A stretch of 63,960 nt of DNA, filler included, from Choristocarpus tenellus KU-1152 (Eukaryota > Protista > Phaeophyceae): NCBI GenBank assembly GCA_964200185.2. It is 12 parts of 12 records of this genome, joined end to end, with 100 filler letters (N's around TTAATTAATTAA, not from the genome) between each part and the next. Parts side by side here need not be neighbours in the genome. Positions count along the whole stretch, not along the records: positions 1 to 4,858 come from CAXNAD020012766.1; positions 4,959 to 10,997 come from CAXNAD020009099.1; positions 11,098 to 13,983 come from CAXNAD020023922.1; 9 more parts are not named here. One strand, written 5' to 3'. Of the stretch, positions 1 through 11,437 are shown in pieces. A program made the position numbers and the translations under genes. The first letter of the stretch is position 1; each line of letters begins with the position of its first letter. The notes below the pieces were generated by a model. It made no database searches. It had not been told where the DNA came from and saw only the letters and a program-made list of their open reading frames with translations.

Positions 1-71
1 TGGGAAAAGGTGGGTCTGCCGGGCGGGGACCGCCCCCCCTAGGAAAAGGCCCAACCGTAGGGGAAGGAAAA

Positions 72-103
<32 letters not shown>

Positions 104-219
104 GGTGGTACCGGACCGGAATCCGGACCGCACTCCGTCGGAACATTTTCGCGCGTCCACGCAATCATGCTACGTAACTTAAGTCAAGTTCACAGGCATT
201 TTTTTTTTTCTTTAATGAC

Positions 220-398
220 CTGGTGATAACTGCGGCGGGTGCTCCTTGAGACAGCGTTCCACCACAGCCTGGGAAGGCTGCATTATGTCCAGCCTTGCCT
301 TGAGTGCATCCTGGAAGAGCATAGATCCACCCATCGCTCTGTGTTCAAAAACGGAATTGAGAAGTGAGCAGGGAATTGGGTTTATTTAATTGCATGTG

Positions 399-441
<43 letters not shown>

Positions 442-2399
442 CACAACATTTTCACACAACCTACTATCAACACAGTTACATGCACAGCCCTAACCCTAGC
501 CTTAACCCCTAAACCTAACATACAACCGTATATATATATATATCATTGTCAAACACACACAAAGCTGTATCGTGCAAGTACCATATAGTAGCATACATGA
601 AAAAAGAAAAAAAAAATATTTTTGAAGTGAGACAAAAGAATGACAATCTCCGATGTTATCCAATTGCAACATAATATGTGTCACACTCCCCCTTACCAGG
701 AAGGCGGTAGGGGAGTATGCGTGTCGAAGCTCAAGTACTTATCCGAGTGCAGAGTCCAACCATGGCATTTCAGACAGATGTAAGAAACACAAACTAACAA
801 CAACAAACCACAGTTCCCTTTTTTTATATCATTCTTTTTTATTCTTTTTTTTCAAACTTGATTCCATTATGAGAACAGCGAGCGATTTTCTTTTTTTTCC
901 GATCTCTGGGAAGAGAGAGATATTCAAGACGTTCCACCCGAAGGCGTGCGCGAGACTATTCTTTTTTTTTTCCAAGAGTACGCTTTACTGTTGTGTGCAT
1001 TGACACATAAAAGTTACCCTCGCCAGTGTGGCTTATCCCACAATAACGATCATTCTAGTCCACATCGCGGATGGGATGGGCTTAGGTACAGTAGACACTT
1101 GACTCACCGGTTGGTAAGTTCAGCAACCGCCTCCGAAGCACCACAAAACTCTGCTAGCACATCAATGCCCTCCTCTGTGCACACAGTGCTGTCCACGTCA
1201 AAACAAACTGCCTGCAAACACCAGGCCCGGCCGGAAAGATCAAACACGTTGGTGATGTTTGTCGAGGGGGGGCAGGGGGAGGGGTGAGGGGGGATTCATT
1301 ACACAAAGAAGGGTGTGAATGGGTGTGGGGTCACTAAAACAGAGCTGAGGGTAACTCTCGATTGCATCGTGGGAAAGACTTCTGCTGCTCTGAATTGTGA
1401 GCCCAGATATAAAATGGACATCAAAACCATACACTGTTTACAAGAAGCGAAGAGGTAAAATCATCAAAGAGGGAGGGGGTTGATTATGAACCTTCTGATT
1501 TTCAAGACCTTTTTCAACCTTCTGTAACATACACCATGTCAATGCCTGAAATGCAGGTATGAAATGCAGCTAACCTCCCTTTGGAGGGTGTGACCGTGGA
1601 AGAGGATGAGTAGGTATGAACACATCATTAGCCAAAAGCACCCTCCACCGTGCTCAAAAACATACACCACAGAGCAGTGAGATGGACCCTTGAAACTCAA
1701 CAATAGCCCTCCCTTACATGGTATCACTCGAACTTGTGGGATGGTGAGAAGTAGACTGACATCATGTGTTGCTAAGTTGGAACATTTTGGAGGCAAGGTT
1801 CATGATACAGTAGGTGAGTGGTGTGTGATGTGCACATCACACATGCATATGCACATATATCACACACACATCCACCGTATACATGTGTCATTAAGCCTCA
1901 AGCAAAATTTTCAAAGCTAATGCGAAAATCACATCAACCGCTAACTATTTGATTGCCACCATGAACTGTGGTGAACAAGTAACTGAGTCTTACAATCCCT
2001 CACAACAGTAATTAATAATGTAAGAAACACTACCTTACGAAGAAGTTCGTAAGAATTCAAAAATACACATTATGTAGTACTGCGTAGTAGACACTTTTCA
2101 TCCCCTGTACAGACACCGCGAAAGTTGTACATCCCACGTTGACACAATCTCAAAGGGGCGAACGAGCAACACCGGTGTTTGATTTCGCTTTTGAGTAATA
2201 TACTCTATCCTGAACGACAATGAAATAACGCAAGCGGTGAGCACAGTATAACTTCAGGGGGGTGGTCACGACCGGTTGTAACACTATTTGCATGCCAGTG
2301 CATACGACCCAACGGAATGACATGACCTGAGGGGTGTGACCCATCTACCTGTGCCATACTGAGAGCTTGCTTTGCTCCATCCACATCGCATCCCTCACT
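220..2399 (-). CDS. PSPH: Phosphoserine phosphatase (HAD superfamily, SerB/PSPH type), partial; exons 2399-2349, 1211-1108, 338-220; 3' part runs off the window
   Basis: Three GT-AG exons splice in phase to give SEGCDVDGAKQALSMAQ|AVCFDVDSTVCTEEGIDVLAEFCGASEAVAELTNR|AMGGSMLFQDALKARLDIMQPSQAVVERCLKEHPPQLSPG. This contains the HAD motif I FDVDST and the AMGG..F..AL.ARL...P.LSPG signature of eukaryotic PSP. Missed by the ORF track. Confidence 0.93.
402..439. repeat. (GT)n microsatellite in a PSP intron
   Basis: Direct dinucleotide run. Confidence 0.95.
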
Positions 2400-3162
2400 C
2401 TGTACAGAGAGGAATCGTTTCCCTACAGTCTTCCAGTGGGGTGAGGGGAGGGGCGGGGAAAGGTGCTGCTCGAGCAGGACCATCGTATGTAACACCATGT
2501 GGAGAACAAAGGAAGTACAAGTTGTACATTGATATCAGAAATAGGGGGTAGGAGGGTAGTCAGATTCCCAGACCTGGACGGTGCGAGTGTGAGAGGGTCC
2601 CCTAGACCTATGCCAAGCATCTACAGACAACACATGTTGTAAGAAGCCGTGAAGATAGTGGAGTTGTTGTCCAAGGCACCACAGATGTCAGAAGAATGAG
2701 AGCAATTGCGGTGTATGTGCAAAGTAGAGTGCTCAATACTTCTGGTGATTTCAGAATAGCGTCGGCGACAGGGAGGGGTTCGTCGGGAGGAACAACAGAG
2801 AGTGAGGAGTCCATTCAGTGATGGCAAGTCGTTGAGTTTGTACTATACTGATAGGCACCTTACGATGTACAGTTGAGTACCTTGTACGAAGCCCTTGAGG
2901 GTAAGACCATCGCCATTCGTAGGTTCCTTCCTAGATACTGGCGACTCGCCACTATCGCAAAGCTTACCATCGACATCTGGGATGGTTGCACAGAAACCAA
3001 CTACAAGATGCAACCCAGTTGTTGGTGTAACATGGTAACATCTCACCTACATATTTTGATTATAAATTGGCGTGTGCTAAATAAAGGTATACTTTGATTG
3101 GAACTCAATATAAGACCTTCAAAAAGGTTTACGTTTGAGGAAAACAAAATTGTTGGTATTAT

Positions 3163-3191
3163 TAGTAGTAGTGGTAGTAGTGGTAGTAGTG

Positions 3192-3228
<37 letters not shown>

Positions 3229-3229
3229 G

Positions 3230-3263
<34 letters not shown>

Positions 3264-3545
3264 ATAGTAGTAGTGGTAATATTAGTAGTAGTAGTAGTGG
3301 TAGTGGTATTGATGGTAGTAGTAATAGTAGAAGTAGTAGTGGTACTGGTGGTAGTAGTAGCAGTAATAGTAGTAGTAGTAGTAGTGGTGGTGGTGGTGGT
3401 AGTAGTGGTAGTAGTAGTAGTAGTAGTAGTAGTAGTAATAGTAGTAGTAGTAATAGTAATAGTAATAGTAGTAGTAGTAGTAGGTAGTAGTAATAGTTAG
3501 TAGTAGTGGTATTATAGTGGTAAAAGTAGCAGTAGTAGTAGTCTA
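3163..3545. repeat. Imperfect (AGT)n/(TAG)n microsatellite, about 380 bp
   Basis: Direct reading; it generates the spurious poly-Ser, poly-Val and poly-Leu ORFs. Confidence 0.97.
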
Positions 3546-3722
3546 ACTTGTACCTGAGTAATTGTGAAGTATTACCAACAATCCCAGTCCCAGTTCGAAC
3601 ACCATGCACCATATATATATTATTATGCTATCTGACATTTTGGACATGGTGAGTCGAAGGAGGGGTATATATCCATTCACAGTTTCATGTGAGTATGTTC
3701 TTGTTGTTTAGTCGAATGTAAC

Positions 3723-3790
3723 ACAGAAGTGGAGAAACTTCTAATAATACAGAAGTGGAGAAACTTCTAATACAGAAGTGGAGAAACTTC
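3723..3790. repeat. Short tandem repeat, 3 x ACAGAAGTGGAGAAACTTC
   Basis: Units start at 3723, 3749 and 3772, with 7- and 4-bp linkers; each unit has an internal GAAGT/ACTTC inverted repeat. Confidence 0.9.
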
Positions 3791-4858
3791 CAATGGTGGA
3801 TATTTATATTTTCACATCTGCAATGGTCCCTGGTTATGTGTGATGGACGCATCACTTGTCCTGGTCTCAATTCCAAAGGTTGAAGCACGCAAATAATGTA
3901 TATGACCGCGCGTATTATCCTCATCAATGTCGGACGTCCCAAAAAAGGTGACCTGTCCCTGACACATCACTCTCAACATGATTTTGACCCGTCCACAGAC
4001 ACAATACACAACTATATTAAATCTCATACTAAACCAATATTACACCACGACTAATTATACTCTCTCCGCTTCTAGTTGCTTCTCGTGCGTTAGCCACTCA
4101 GCCATAATAAGGATATGAAGTTAGGTGTAGTGGTCTGTCCTCATTGAGTGTCAACACTATATAGCCATGGATCAGAATATCTCGAGAAATTCAGGCTTAG
4201 CATCCGAACCTACAGCTCAAGAGACACGCCAACTACTTCGTCTCATAGTTCTTAACTGTTCTTCGTTAAATGACCACATTCCTGTTGGATCTGGGGGTTG
4301 ATCTCTGCTCTGACGTTGGCATAATCACTGGTTGAGTCTCCGCAATAGTCCAACTCGTTAGTGCTGTTGTAACATTGGTCTGCAACCTTCATCTACATTT
4401 CGTCTGCTGGTTAACATGGGACCAGGAGGTACATGTTCTCCACCTTCTCCTAAACAATCAATCCAAATACCGCGCACACAGCTGCGATCACGATCATCAT
4501 CTTGGCCAGACTCTCCTAATTCCTTGGCACAATGCCCGCATCATTGGCATAAACGTGCACCACAACAATAGTAACTGCCTTCCCGTTCCTCAAGCGCCTA
4601 ATAGTATTTCTTTGCCACTCTCCTGATTAGGCGGTCTTCTACCGAGATACTACCTTCCACACGTACCACTCAATCACCATGCCAAGTACTGTTATAAAAA
4701 ATAGATTGGCAATATAGAACAAGGACATCACCCTTAGCAAAGTTCTTATTCAACGTCAAATTGTTCCAAGCACTCTACATCATCCTTCTGCATGTATGCT
4801 GCTCGCATTCCGACATGAAATTGGCAAATGGTCAAAGGGTCCAAATATCTGGGGGGGG

Positions 4859-4958
4859 NNNNNNNNNNNNNNNNNNNNNNNNNNNNNNNNNNNNNNNNNN
4901 NNTTAATTAATTAANNNNNNNNNNNNNNNNNNNNNNNNNNNNNNNNNNNNNNNNNNNN
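4859..4958. other. Artificial contig-joining linker N44-TTAATTAATTAA-N44; also at 10998-11097, 13984-14083, 25227-25326, 34126-34225, 36858-36957, 40281-40380, 47025-47124, 53372-53471, 58361-58460, 61292-61391
   Basis: Identical 100-bp structure repeated 11 times; the central 12-mer gives stop codons in all six frames. Confidence 0.98.
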
Positions 4959-4975
4959 AGTAGCGGGGCGCGCGC

Positions 4976-5139
4976 GTGGGGGTGGGGGGTCTACACCAGG
5001 GTGTCCAATTGGGGCAAAATCAGGAAAAGTGCATTTACATTATCCATCAAACGTATGCAACCAAATCACCCCAAAATCGCGACATGAAAATATTGACCCA
5101 AATGGACAGGCGCCACCTTCCCCCCAGATACTTTGACTC
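4976..5139 (+). mobile_element. MITE family A copy, left end truncated by the contig edge
   Basis: Matches the complete copy at 48469-48654 (GGTCTACACCAGGGTGTCC...CAGGAAAAGTGCA...CCCCCAGATACTTTGACTC). Confidence 0.85.
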
Positions 5140-7218
5140 TGAACTTCTCGTCGAAATTTTCTCAACGGCGACTACTCCCACCAACTTACAATATGAACCC
5201 ATTCCCATTGAGTCTCTCCTCTACACCACCATCCTCTCCCCTACTATAAACACCTTCTCTACCATGACGTCACGAATTCCCCACCAATTTCAATTCTCAT
5301 CTCTCACATTCATCGATTCTTCCCTTGTTTCCATCCCACTTATCCATCCATCCCACTTATCCAGTTGTTGTTCTGTGATTTTGTAGATATTTTGGTCGTT
5401 ATATAGCAACATCGCATTACATCAATTCTAATTTTCACTTAGACAGTAGTAGTAGTATATTAGTGATACATAATGTGAAGAAATGTATCGTTCTAGTACC
5501 TGTATATTCTGTTAGTACATTCACATATTTATATATTGTTTTTATGATAACCTTCAAAATCCAAGATTTTTCGGGTTTGGCCTCCTTCTCAATCTAAAAC
5601 CTTCATTTGAAATATTGTCCTACACATTCCTAAGATTGGGTGGGGTTGGTTCTTTCACTGTCCCAGTCTTTGCAGGACTCTGCTCCATCCATATGTTCGT
5701 TGGACGTGCATCGACACTGGTTTCCCTATTTTGGGTAAATGCGCTATTGGAAAAACTCACCTCGCGCATCGGTAAGTATTGCGTTGTCATGGCTTTATTT
5801 TGTACACTCAGAACAACAGGTCATGTTTAGTAGACAGTCTTGAACGGCAGCCAACACATACTCCTTACATGTGTGATTTGAAAAACTCGTGGTAGGTGAC
5901 AAGAGAGATTTTACAGTCGAATTTTCTAAAAATCCACAGCAATCCAATGGGGACTGGGGACGGTGATCAAAAGAAAATCCCCAATAATCCACAACCCATA
6001 TCACCTCCAAGTATACATTGCTAGTTTGTGATTCGCCCAGGGCAAATCATGTAGTCAGCTTTTCAGCATCCCTTCTACTCCTAGTATTCTCGGTAGACTG
6101 TTGCCAGTTGCTTATAGTGTAGAATACTGTGCGCCTGTCTTCTTTGTGCCTCCCTACTCATTGCTTGCTTACACACGAGCACCCCTCAGAAACACGCCCA
6201 CACTCGTCCTAGTGCAGTACTACGTGACAACAACCCTCTATCATTACCACTCACATGAATGGCCCGAATATCTTGTGGTCTGTATGCCGTATATTGTGTT
6301 GTACTATGGTTGCAGTGGTGCTTGGTCACTGTCGGATATTTTCTGTTCCACTTACTAAAACTAAACCCCACTGTGCCCTCATTCTCATGAACACAAAACT
6401 ATAAAATGAGTCTCCTACAAAGAGTGGGTACTGCAATTCTAGATCTTCAAGGAACGGAAAAGCAAAGTATGAACATCTATCTCCTCTCATGCCACAGTAT
6501 CGCTTCAATCCTCTATTGCCTCATGTTTTGTCTTAACTGCCGTACCCATTCTCTGCCTTTCCTTTTTCGTTCCTTGACCTAGCCCTGTACCAGCTACGTT
6601 TGCCTTCTATTGTAGCGGCCTCTCAACCTCGTACGCAGCGATTTCCTGGCTAACTCCCCCCCAGGCATGTTGCTTGCAGGGTCATTCGTTGCTGTGATCA
6701 GAACAGCTGTGTGTTTGCAATTGTTCCCTCCTGTCTAGATCTCCTTGTCCTCCCTGCAACATCTGCCAATATTCAAGCGCTTGTTACGCACATAGCTGAT
6801 AATTTACCTTTAAGTGCCCAGACTTGACTGGTGCAAGTAGCTACTTTTTGGTGCGATAAATACTGGGGAAATGTCGCTGCCCATTTGAACATCAGTAATC
6901 ATATCGCTCTGGTTTGAATATTTTTGGCTTCATTTCTCATGCTTAGTTTCTCCTATTCATTCACCTGCTCAACTGCTGCCAGTGGTTGTCTGCCTGGTGG
7001 CTGTCTTGTTCTTGGGGTTGCTTTGCCACCATAAGGATCTATTCTCCATATTCCACTTCACACTTTCAATGATCCACCCTCTGACCCTGGTTTGATATCC
7101 CTTTCCCAACCTCACGCTGTCTTGTGTGTGCTTCACCTTTTTAAACCATCTATTCCTTTCCCATACACTACCTGATATGCTTCCCCACTGTCTACACCTC
7201 AACACTTTCACCAACCAG

Positions 7219-7437
7219 CTGCCACTACTACTAATACTACTTGCAGCAATGGTCTTCCTGGGGTTGAAAATGGTTTTGAAAATATTTGCTGTGATGCAAA
7301 CTGTGGGACCTGTGGTGGTCCAGGGTGTGGCTCAGTAGATGGGACTAATGGCGCCTCAGATTGCTGCACCGGTACCATTGGCTCTTCTGGGAACTACTGC
7401 AATGTGACGCTGGCTGCACCCTGCATCATTCATAGTG
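7219..7437 (+). CDS. Exon encoding Cys-rich module 1 (10 Cys) of a probably secreted repeat protein
   Basis: CAG acceptor at 7216-7218 and GTGGGT donor at 7438; 219 nt, phase 1-1; ATTTNTTCSNGLPGVENGFENICCDANCGTCGGPGCGSVDGTNGASDCCTGTIGSSGNYCNVTLAAPCIIHS. Confidence 0.88.
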
Positions 7438-8040
7438 GTGGGTGTATTGCAATAGATGTTTCTTATTACTTATCTTTGCGACTCGGCGTGCATGACAACT
7501 GAAATACCCTCCAGTATTTGAAAATTCACAGTTTTCCTAAAATGTAGGATGTACAACGGTGTTCCTGTTTGAGACCTCTGCGCTGGTATTTACTATCGCC
7601 ATCTTAAGGTGTGCCATTTATATTGATCTGATGTTAATGAATGGAGGATGCATGCCATATGCTATCGAGTCATGTTCAGTTAGTATCTGCGCTTGATACT
7701 ACTGACAGGTGTGAGAGTCATATCCCATACGAGTTTTCAAATATTCTTTGGTTTGTTTGCAATTTGAGCAGGGTATAATAGCCACTTCCAACTGTTACAT
7801 ACATAATTTTTCGTAGAATTAGCACGTCCAGACATTGCCAGTAGACTTCCACCTAGTGGCTGTCCAGTTATCCTCAGTTTTTTTTTTTCCCCCTTTTTCA
7901 GTTTTTTTTCCTCCTATTGCTGTGGTCTGATCAGCCCGGTGACACTGGTTTTGCAACCTTTTCTATCTAACTCATCTATTCCTAATCAATCTACTCCCTG
8001 TGCTGCCTCCACCGTTGTCCCTGCTCCAATACATTACCAG

Positions 8041-8262
8041 ATAATTCTGTTTTCAACACCACCTGCAGCAATGGTCTTACTGGGGTTCAATATCTTATTG
8101 ATGATGATATTTGTTGTGCTGCAAGCTGTGGGACATGTGGTGGTGCAGGCTGTGGCTCAAGGGCTGGGACGAATGGCGCCTCAGATTGCTGCACTGGTAC
8201 CATTGCCTCTTCTGGAAACTATTGTGATGACACCCTTGCTGCCCCGTGCATCATTCGTAGTG
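8041..8262 (+). CDS. Exon encoding Cys-rich module 2 (10 Cys)
   Basis: CAG acceptor at 8038-8040 and GTGGGT donor at 8263; 222 nt, phase 1-1; NSVFNTTCSNGLTGVQYLIDDDICCAASCGTCGGAGCGSRAGTNGASDCCTGTIASSGNYCDDTLAAPCIIRS. Confidence 0.88.
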
Positions 8263-8876
8263 GTGGGTGTATTCTAATGGGTTTTCATACCAGAAGGTAC
8301 TCCTCTTCGCTGCTACCTTGCATGCATGGCAACCTGTATCCTGTACTACTTGACTTTTTCCGAATTTTCATAAAGAGTTCTTTTTCAGTTGTAGGATGTA
8401 GAACAGTGTTGTTGTTCCTGGCCTTTGCTTACTTAGTTTTAGTCGCCATCTTGTTTGCTTCTAGTTTCTTGATCTGATGTGAATAGTGGAGGACGAATGC
8501 ATCAAGATATTGAGGTGTGTTCATTTATTGTCTGCCCTTAACACTGCTATTATGAGTGCAAGTCACATCCCATAGGATATTGCGAAAATTCTATGGTTGG
8601 TTTGCTTTGTGAGCAGGATATACTAGCCATTTTCAGCTGTTACATGAATGTTTATTGTAGATCAAACTGTTGAACTGCGGCCTGTGGCCATCCACCTTGT
8701 GAGTATTGTTGTCCTCACTATCACTTTGCCCTCTCACTGATCATTTCATGTGTCATCACACAGGTCTGATGCACCCTCTGACCTTGGTTTATTAGTTTAT
8801 TAACTCCTTCCTAATAAATCTAGTCCCTTTTCTTGCCACCTGTTTCTGTTTTCACTTGAACTCTTTCACCGACCAG

Positions 8877-9095
8877 ATTCTGTTTTCAACACCACCTGCA
8901 GCAATGGTCTTATTGGGGTTCAAAATCCCATTAATGACGATATTTGCTGCGCTGCAAGCTGTGAGACCTGTGGTGGTACAGGGTGTGGCTCAAGGGCTGG
9001 GACTAATGGCGCCTCGGACTGCTGCACTGGTACCATTGCCTCTTCTGGGAACTTCTGCAATGTTACTCGAGCTGCCCCGTGCATCATTTTTAACG
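8877..9095 (+). CDS. Exon encoding Cys-rich module 3 (10 Cys)
   Basis: CAG acceptor at 8874-8876 and GTGGGT donor at 9096; 219 nt, phase 1-1; SVFNTTCSNGLIGVQNPINDDICCAASCETCGGTGCGSRAGTNGASDCCTGTIASSGNFCNVTRAAPCIIFN. Confidence 0.88.
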
Positions 9096-9107
9096 GTGGG
9101 TGTATTA

Positions 9108-9206
9108 TATAGGTGTTTCTTATTACTAATATTAACATTATCTATAGGTGTTTCTTATTACTAATATTAACATTATATATAGGTGTTTCTTATTACTAAT
9201 ATTAAC
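9108..9206. repeat. 35-bp tandem repeat, about 2.8 copies (TATAGGTGTTTCTTATTACTAATATTAACATTAT-N)
   Basis: Units start at 9108, 9143 and 9178. Confidence 0.92.
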
Positions 9207-10923
9207 CGCGGTGCATTTGTGGAGACTGAAGTATACTCTAGTATTTGAATCTTCACAGTTTTCATGGACTTCATTTAAATTGTGGGATGTAGAACATTTT
9301 TGTTGCTTGAGGTCTGGTCTTTCCTTCGATATGTCCTCGACCGGGGCGTCTTACCCCAGGGAATTGCCTTGCATACTCTGCCCTTTCCACATGTGTCTTG
9401 CGTGGAGTGAGTCAGATTATGGCATACGTTTGTACAAGTGGATTGAAGGATGAAAAAACGCTTATTTTTTTGTTACCACTGGCCTTAACCCTAACCCCAA
9501 TATGGATACGAATCCAATTAAATTTATGCAAGACCTTTGGTGAGCGCAAAAGGTATTTCCCTACTGGAAGGCGCACCAGCCTTGAAGTTGTGTTTTTTTT
9601 TTTATTGACTTTTGTTTATTTTGATCTGAGGAGGGGAACGGTGAATCGGGAATGCAATGCATGCGTGTGAACACCATTCAGAACACCAGTTATCTCTATC
9701 AATCAAACGCTTTTCAAGGTCGAAATTTGCCCGCCAGTGGTCTATACCAGGCGATTTTACCGTGTGAATGTACATTTTACCGTATGCTAAGCATCCCCTT
9801 TGATGTGTTGTACCGTTACGGTGTTCTTACTAGACCTTGGGTAACAAATGACCCTTAACAAGGAAAAATGATCAATTTTCTGTGCTCTTTGTCGGTATGT
9901 TTGCATGGTTCACGTATGTCAGGGTTTAATAGATTGGGCAGCCCTTTGATTGGCAGGGAGACACTATGGTTGTAGAAGCTGCATGTCTACTTCGTTTAAC
10001 CCTAGAATAATAGAGTCACACATAAACGAATTGTGGCCGTTACACTGTCGTAACTGACGTAACTGACCTGTCGGATGGTCGCAGCCTCTCACATTGATAT
10101 GTCTTGTGGAAGTTCTTAACAGCAAGTACCTGTAAGGCATGTCACTTGGTAGGCACTCTGTAGTAGTTAGCAAGCTGCCAGCCGTGTTTATAGCGTTGTC
10201 GTGAAGTGTTAGTGAGTGGAGTTCTGACCGTGTCTAGATCTGGCGCTGCTGATTGTTGTATGATTTGTGTCACATCCTCTGCACGCCCTTCTTCGAACTC
10301 TTTGCCTGGGGTATCATAATGAGTAGGATGATATAGTACTCTGCGGCTGTTTTATTTTGTTGGGCAGGCGTTCTCGGGCAACAGGCATTACTCGATACGT
10401 TTATGAGTGAGAGCTGTTGGGGGCGCTGAGTACATCACAATCAAAGAACCCTTTGCAACGGTCACCATGACAATGAGAAGGCACTCGGTCTCTGACCTCC
10501 TCAAGTAGGTAGTAGGGTTGCAATGCTGAATCAAATTATCAAGAATCAATAAACATTATATGGTCCGTGCAACACAGTGTTTCCAACAAACTTCTCACCG
10601 CTTACTGAGCTTTTCTTCAATGTGGGGACTTCTAGACTATTTATATCTGTACCATGCAGAACCGTGTGATATCCTCTTTGTGCCACTCACTGACTGCATC
10701 CTACCTTACAGTTTGTTCTGCCTCCCTACTCTTTATAAACCGATAAAAAAATTAGTAACATCCCACCTAGTTTAGTTGGTTGACTCAAGCGCACTCAACT
10801 TGATCGCTGTGGGTGGCTCTATCCTTTGTATCATGCCTCTTCTTGCCATCTCATGCCTTGTGTTATCGCATCACAGATACTGGCACTTTTTTACCTAGGA
10901 TGCTCAAGCTGTAGGGTCAAAGT

Positions 10924-10958
<35 letters not shown>

Positions 10959-11189
10959 CGGCGCCCGTTTTTCCCCCCTTTTTTTTTTTTTCTTTTTNNN
11001 NNNNNNNNNNNNNNNNNNNNNNNNNNNNNNNNNNNNNNNNNTTAATTAATTAANNNNNNNNNNNNNNNNNNNNNNNNNNNNNNNNNNNNNNNNNNNNATT
11101 GCGGAAAAGGTCAATACATGGATACCGGGTAAGGAAGTTTATCTCCCTCGCCTCTACCTCCCCACCACCCATCTTATCAAACACACCAG

Positions 11190-11437
11190 GTGTCTCTGCC
11201 CCCTCTGCCTTTCTCAAGTTCCCCAGTTCTGTCAGAGGCAACTGTGATCCGCAATATTAGTGAAGCTCTAAGCTGTCCCCTTGAGATGCATATTGCCGCT
11301 AAAGAGGTCAGTAGGGGGAAACTAGGCCCCCTGTGCTTTTTCACTGTGTTGCCGCTCAATCCTGGGAAGCAATTTCTCATTGCTGGTACTATTGCCGAAG
11401 GACGTTACACCACCACCCAGGCGTTGGCCTGTCTGCA
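11190..11437 (+). CDS. Probable internal exon of an unidentified gene
   Basis: CAG acceptor, GTAAGA donor, open frame VSLPPLPFSSSPVLSEATVIRNIS...TTQALACL; no family recognised. Confidence 0.4.

Noticed and set aside
3043-3612. Poly-Leu, poly-Ser and poly-Val ORFs (189, 129 and 121 aa)
   Set aside because: Translations of an (AGT)n microsatellite
3723-3790. Three palindromic 19-bp direct repeats resembling a CRISPR array
   Set aside because: Spacers are only 7 and 4 bp and similar to each other, there are no cas genes, and the context is eukaryotic; a simple tandem duplication
4859-4958. Recurrent palindromic TTAATTAATTAA between N runs
   Set aside because: Artificial contig-concatenation linker with identical geometry 11 times; not biological, and gene neighbourhoods across it are meaningless
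7126-9164. ORF-track peptides 7126-7338, 7939-8277 and 8856-9164 (hydrophobic PPAAMVLLG repeats)
   Set aside because: Wrong frame of the Cys-rich exons; the first copy hits a stop, whereas the Cys frame is open between splice sites in all three
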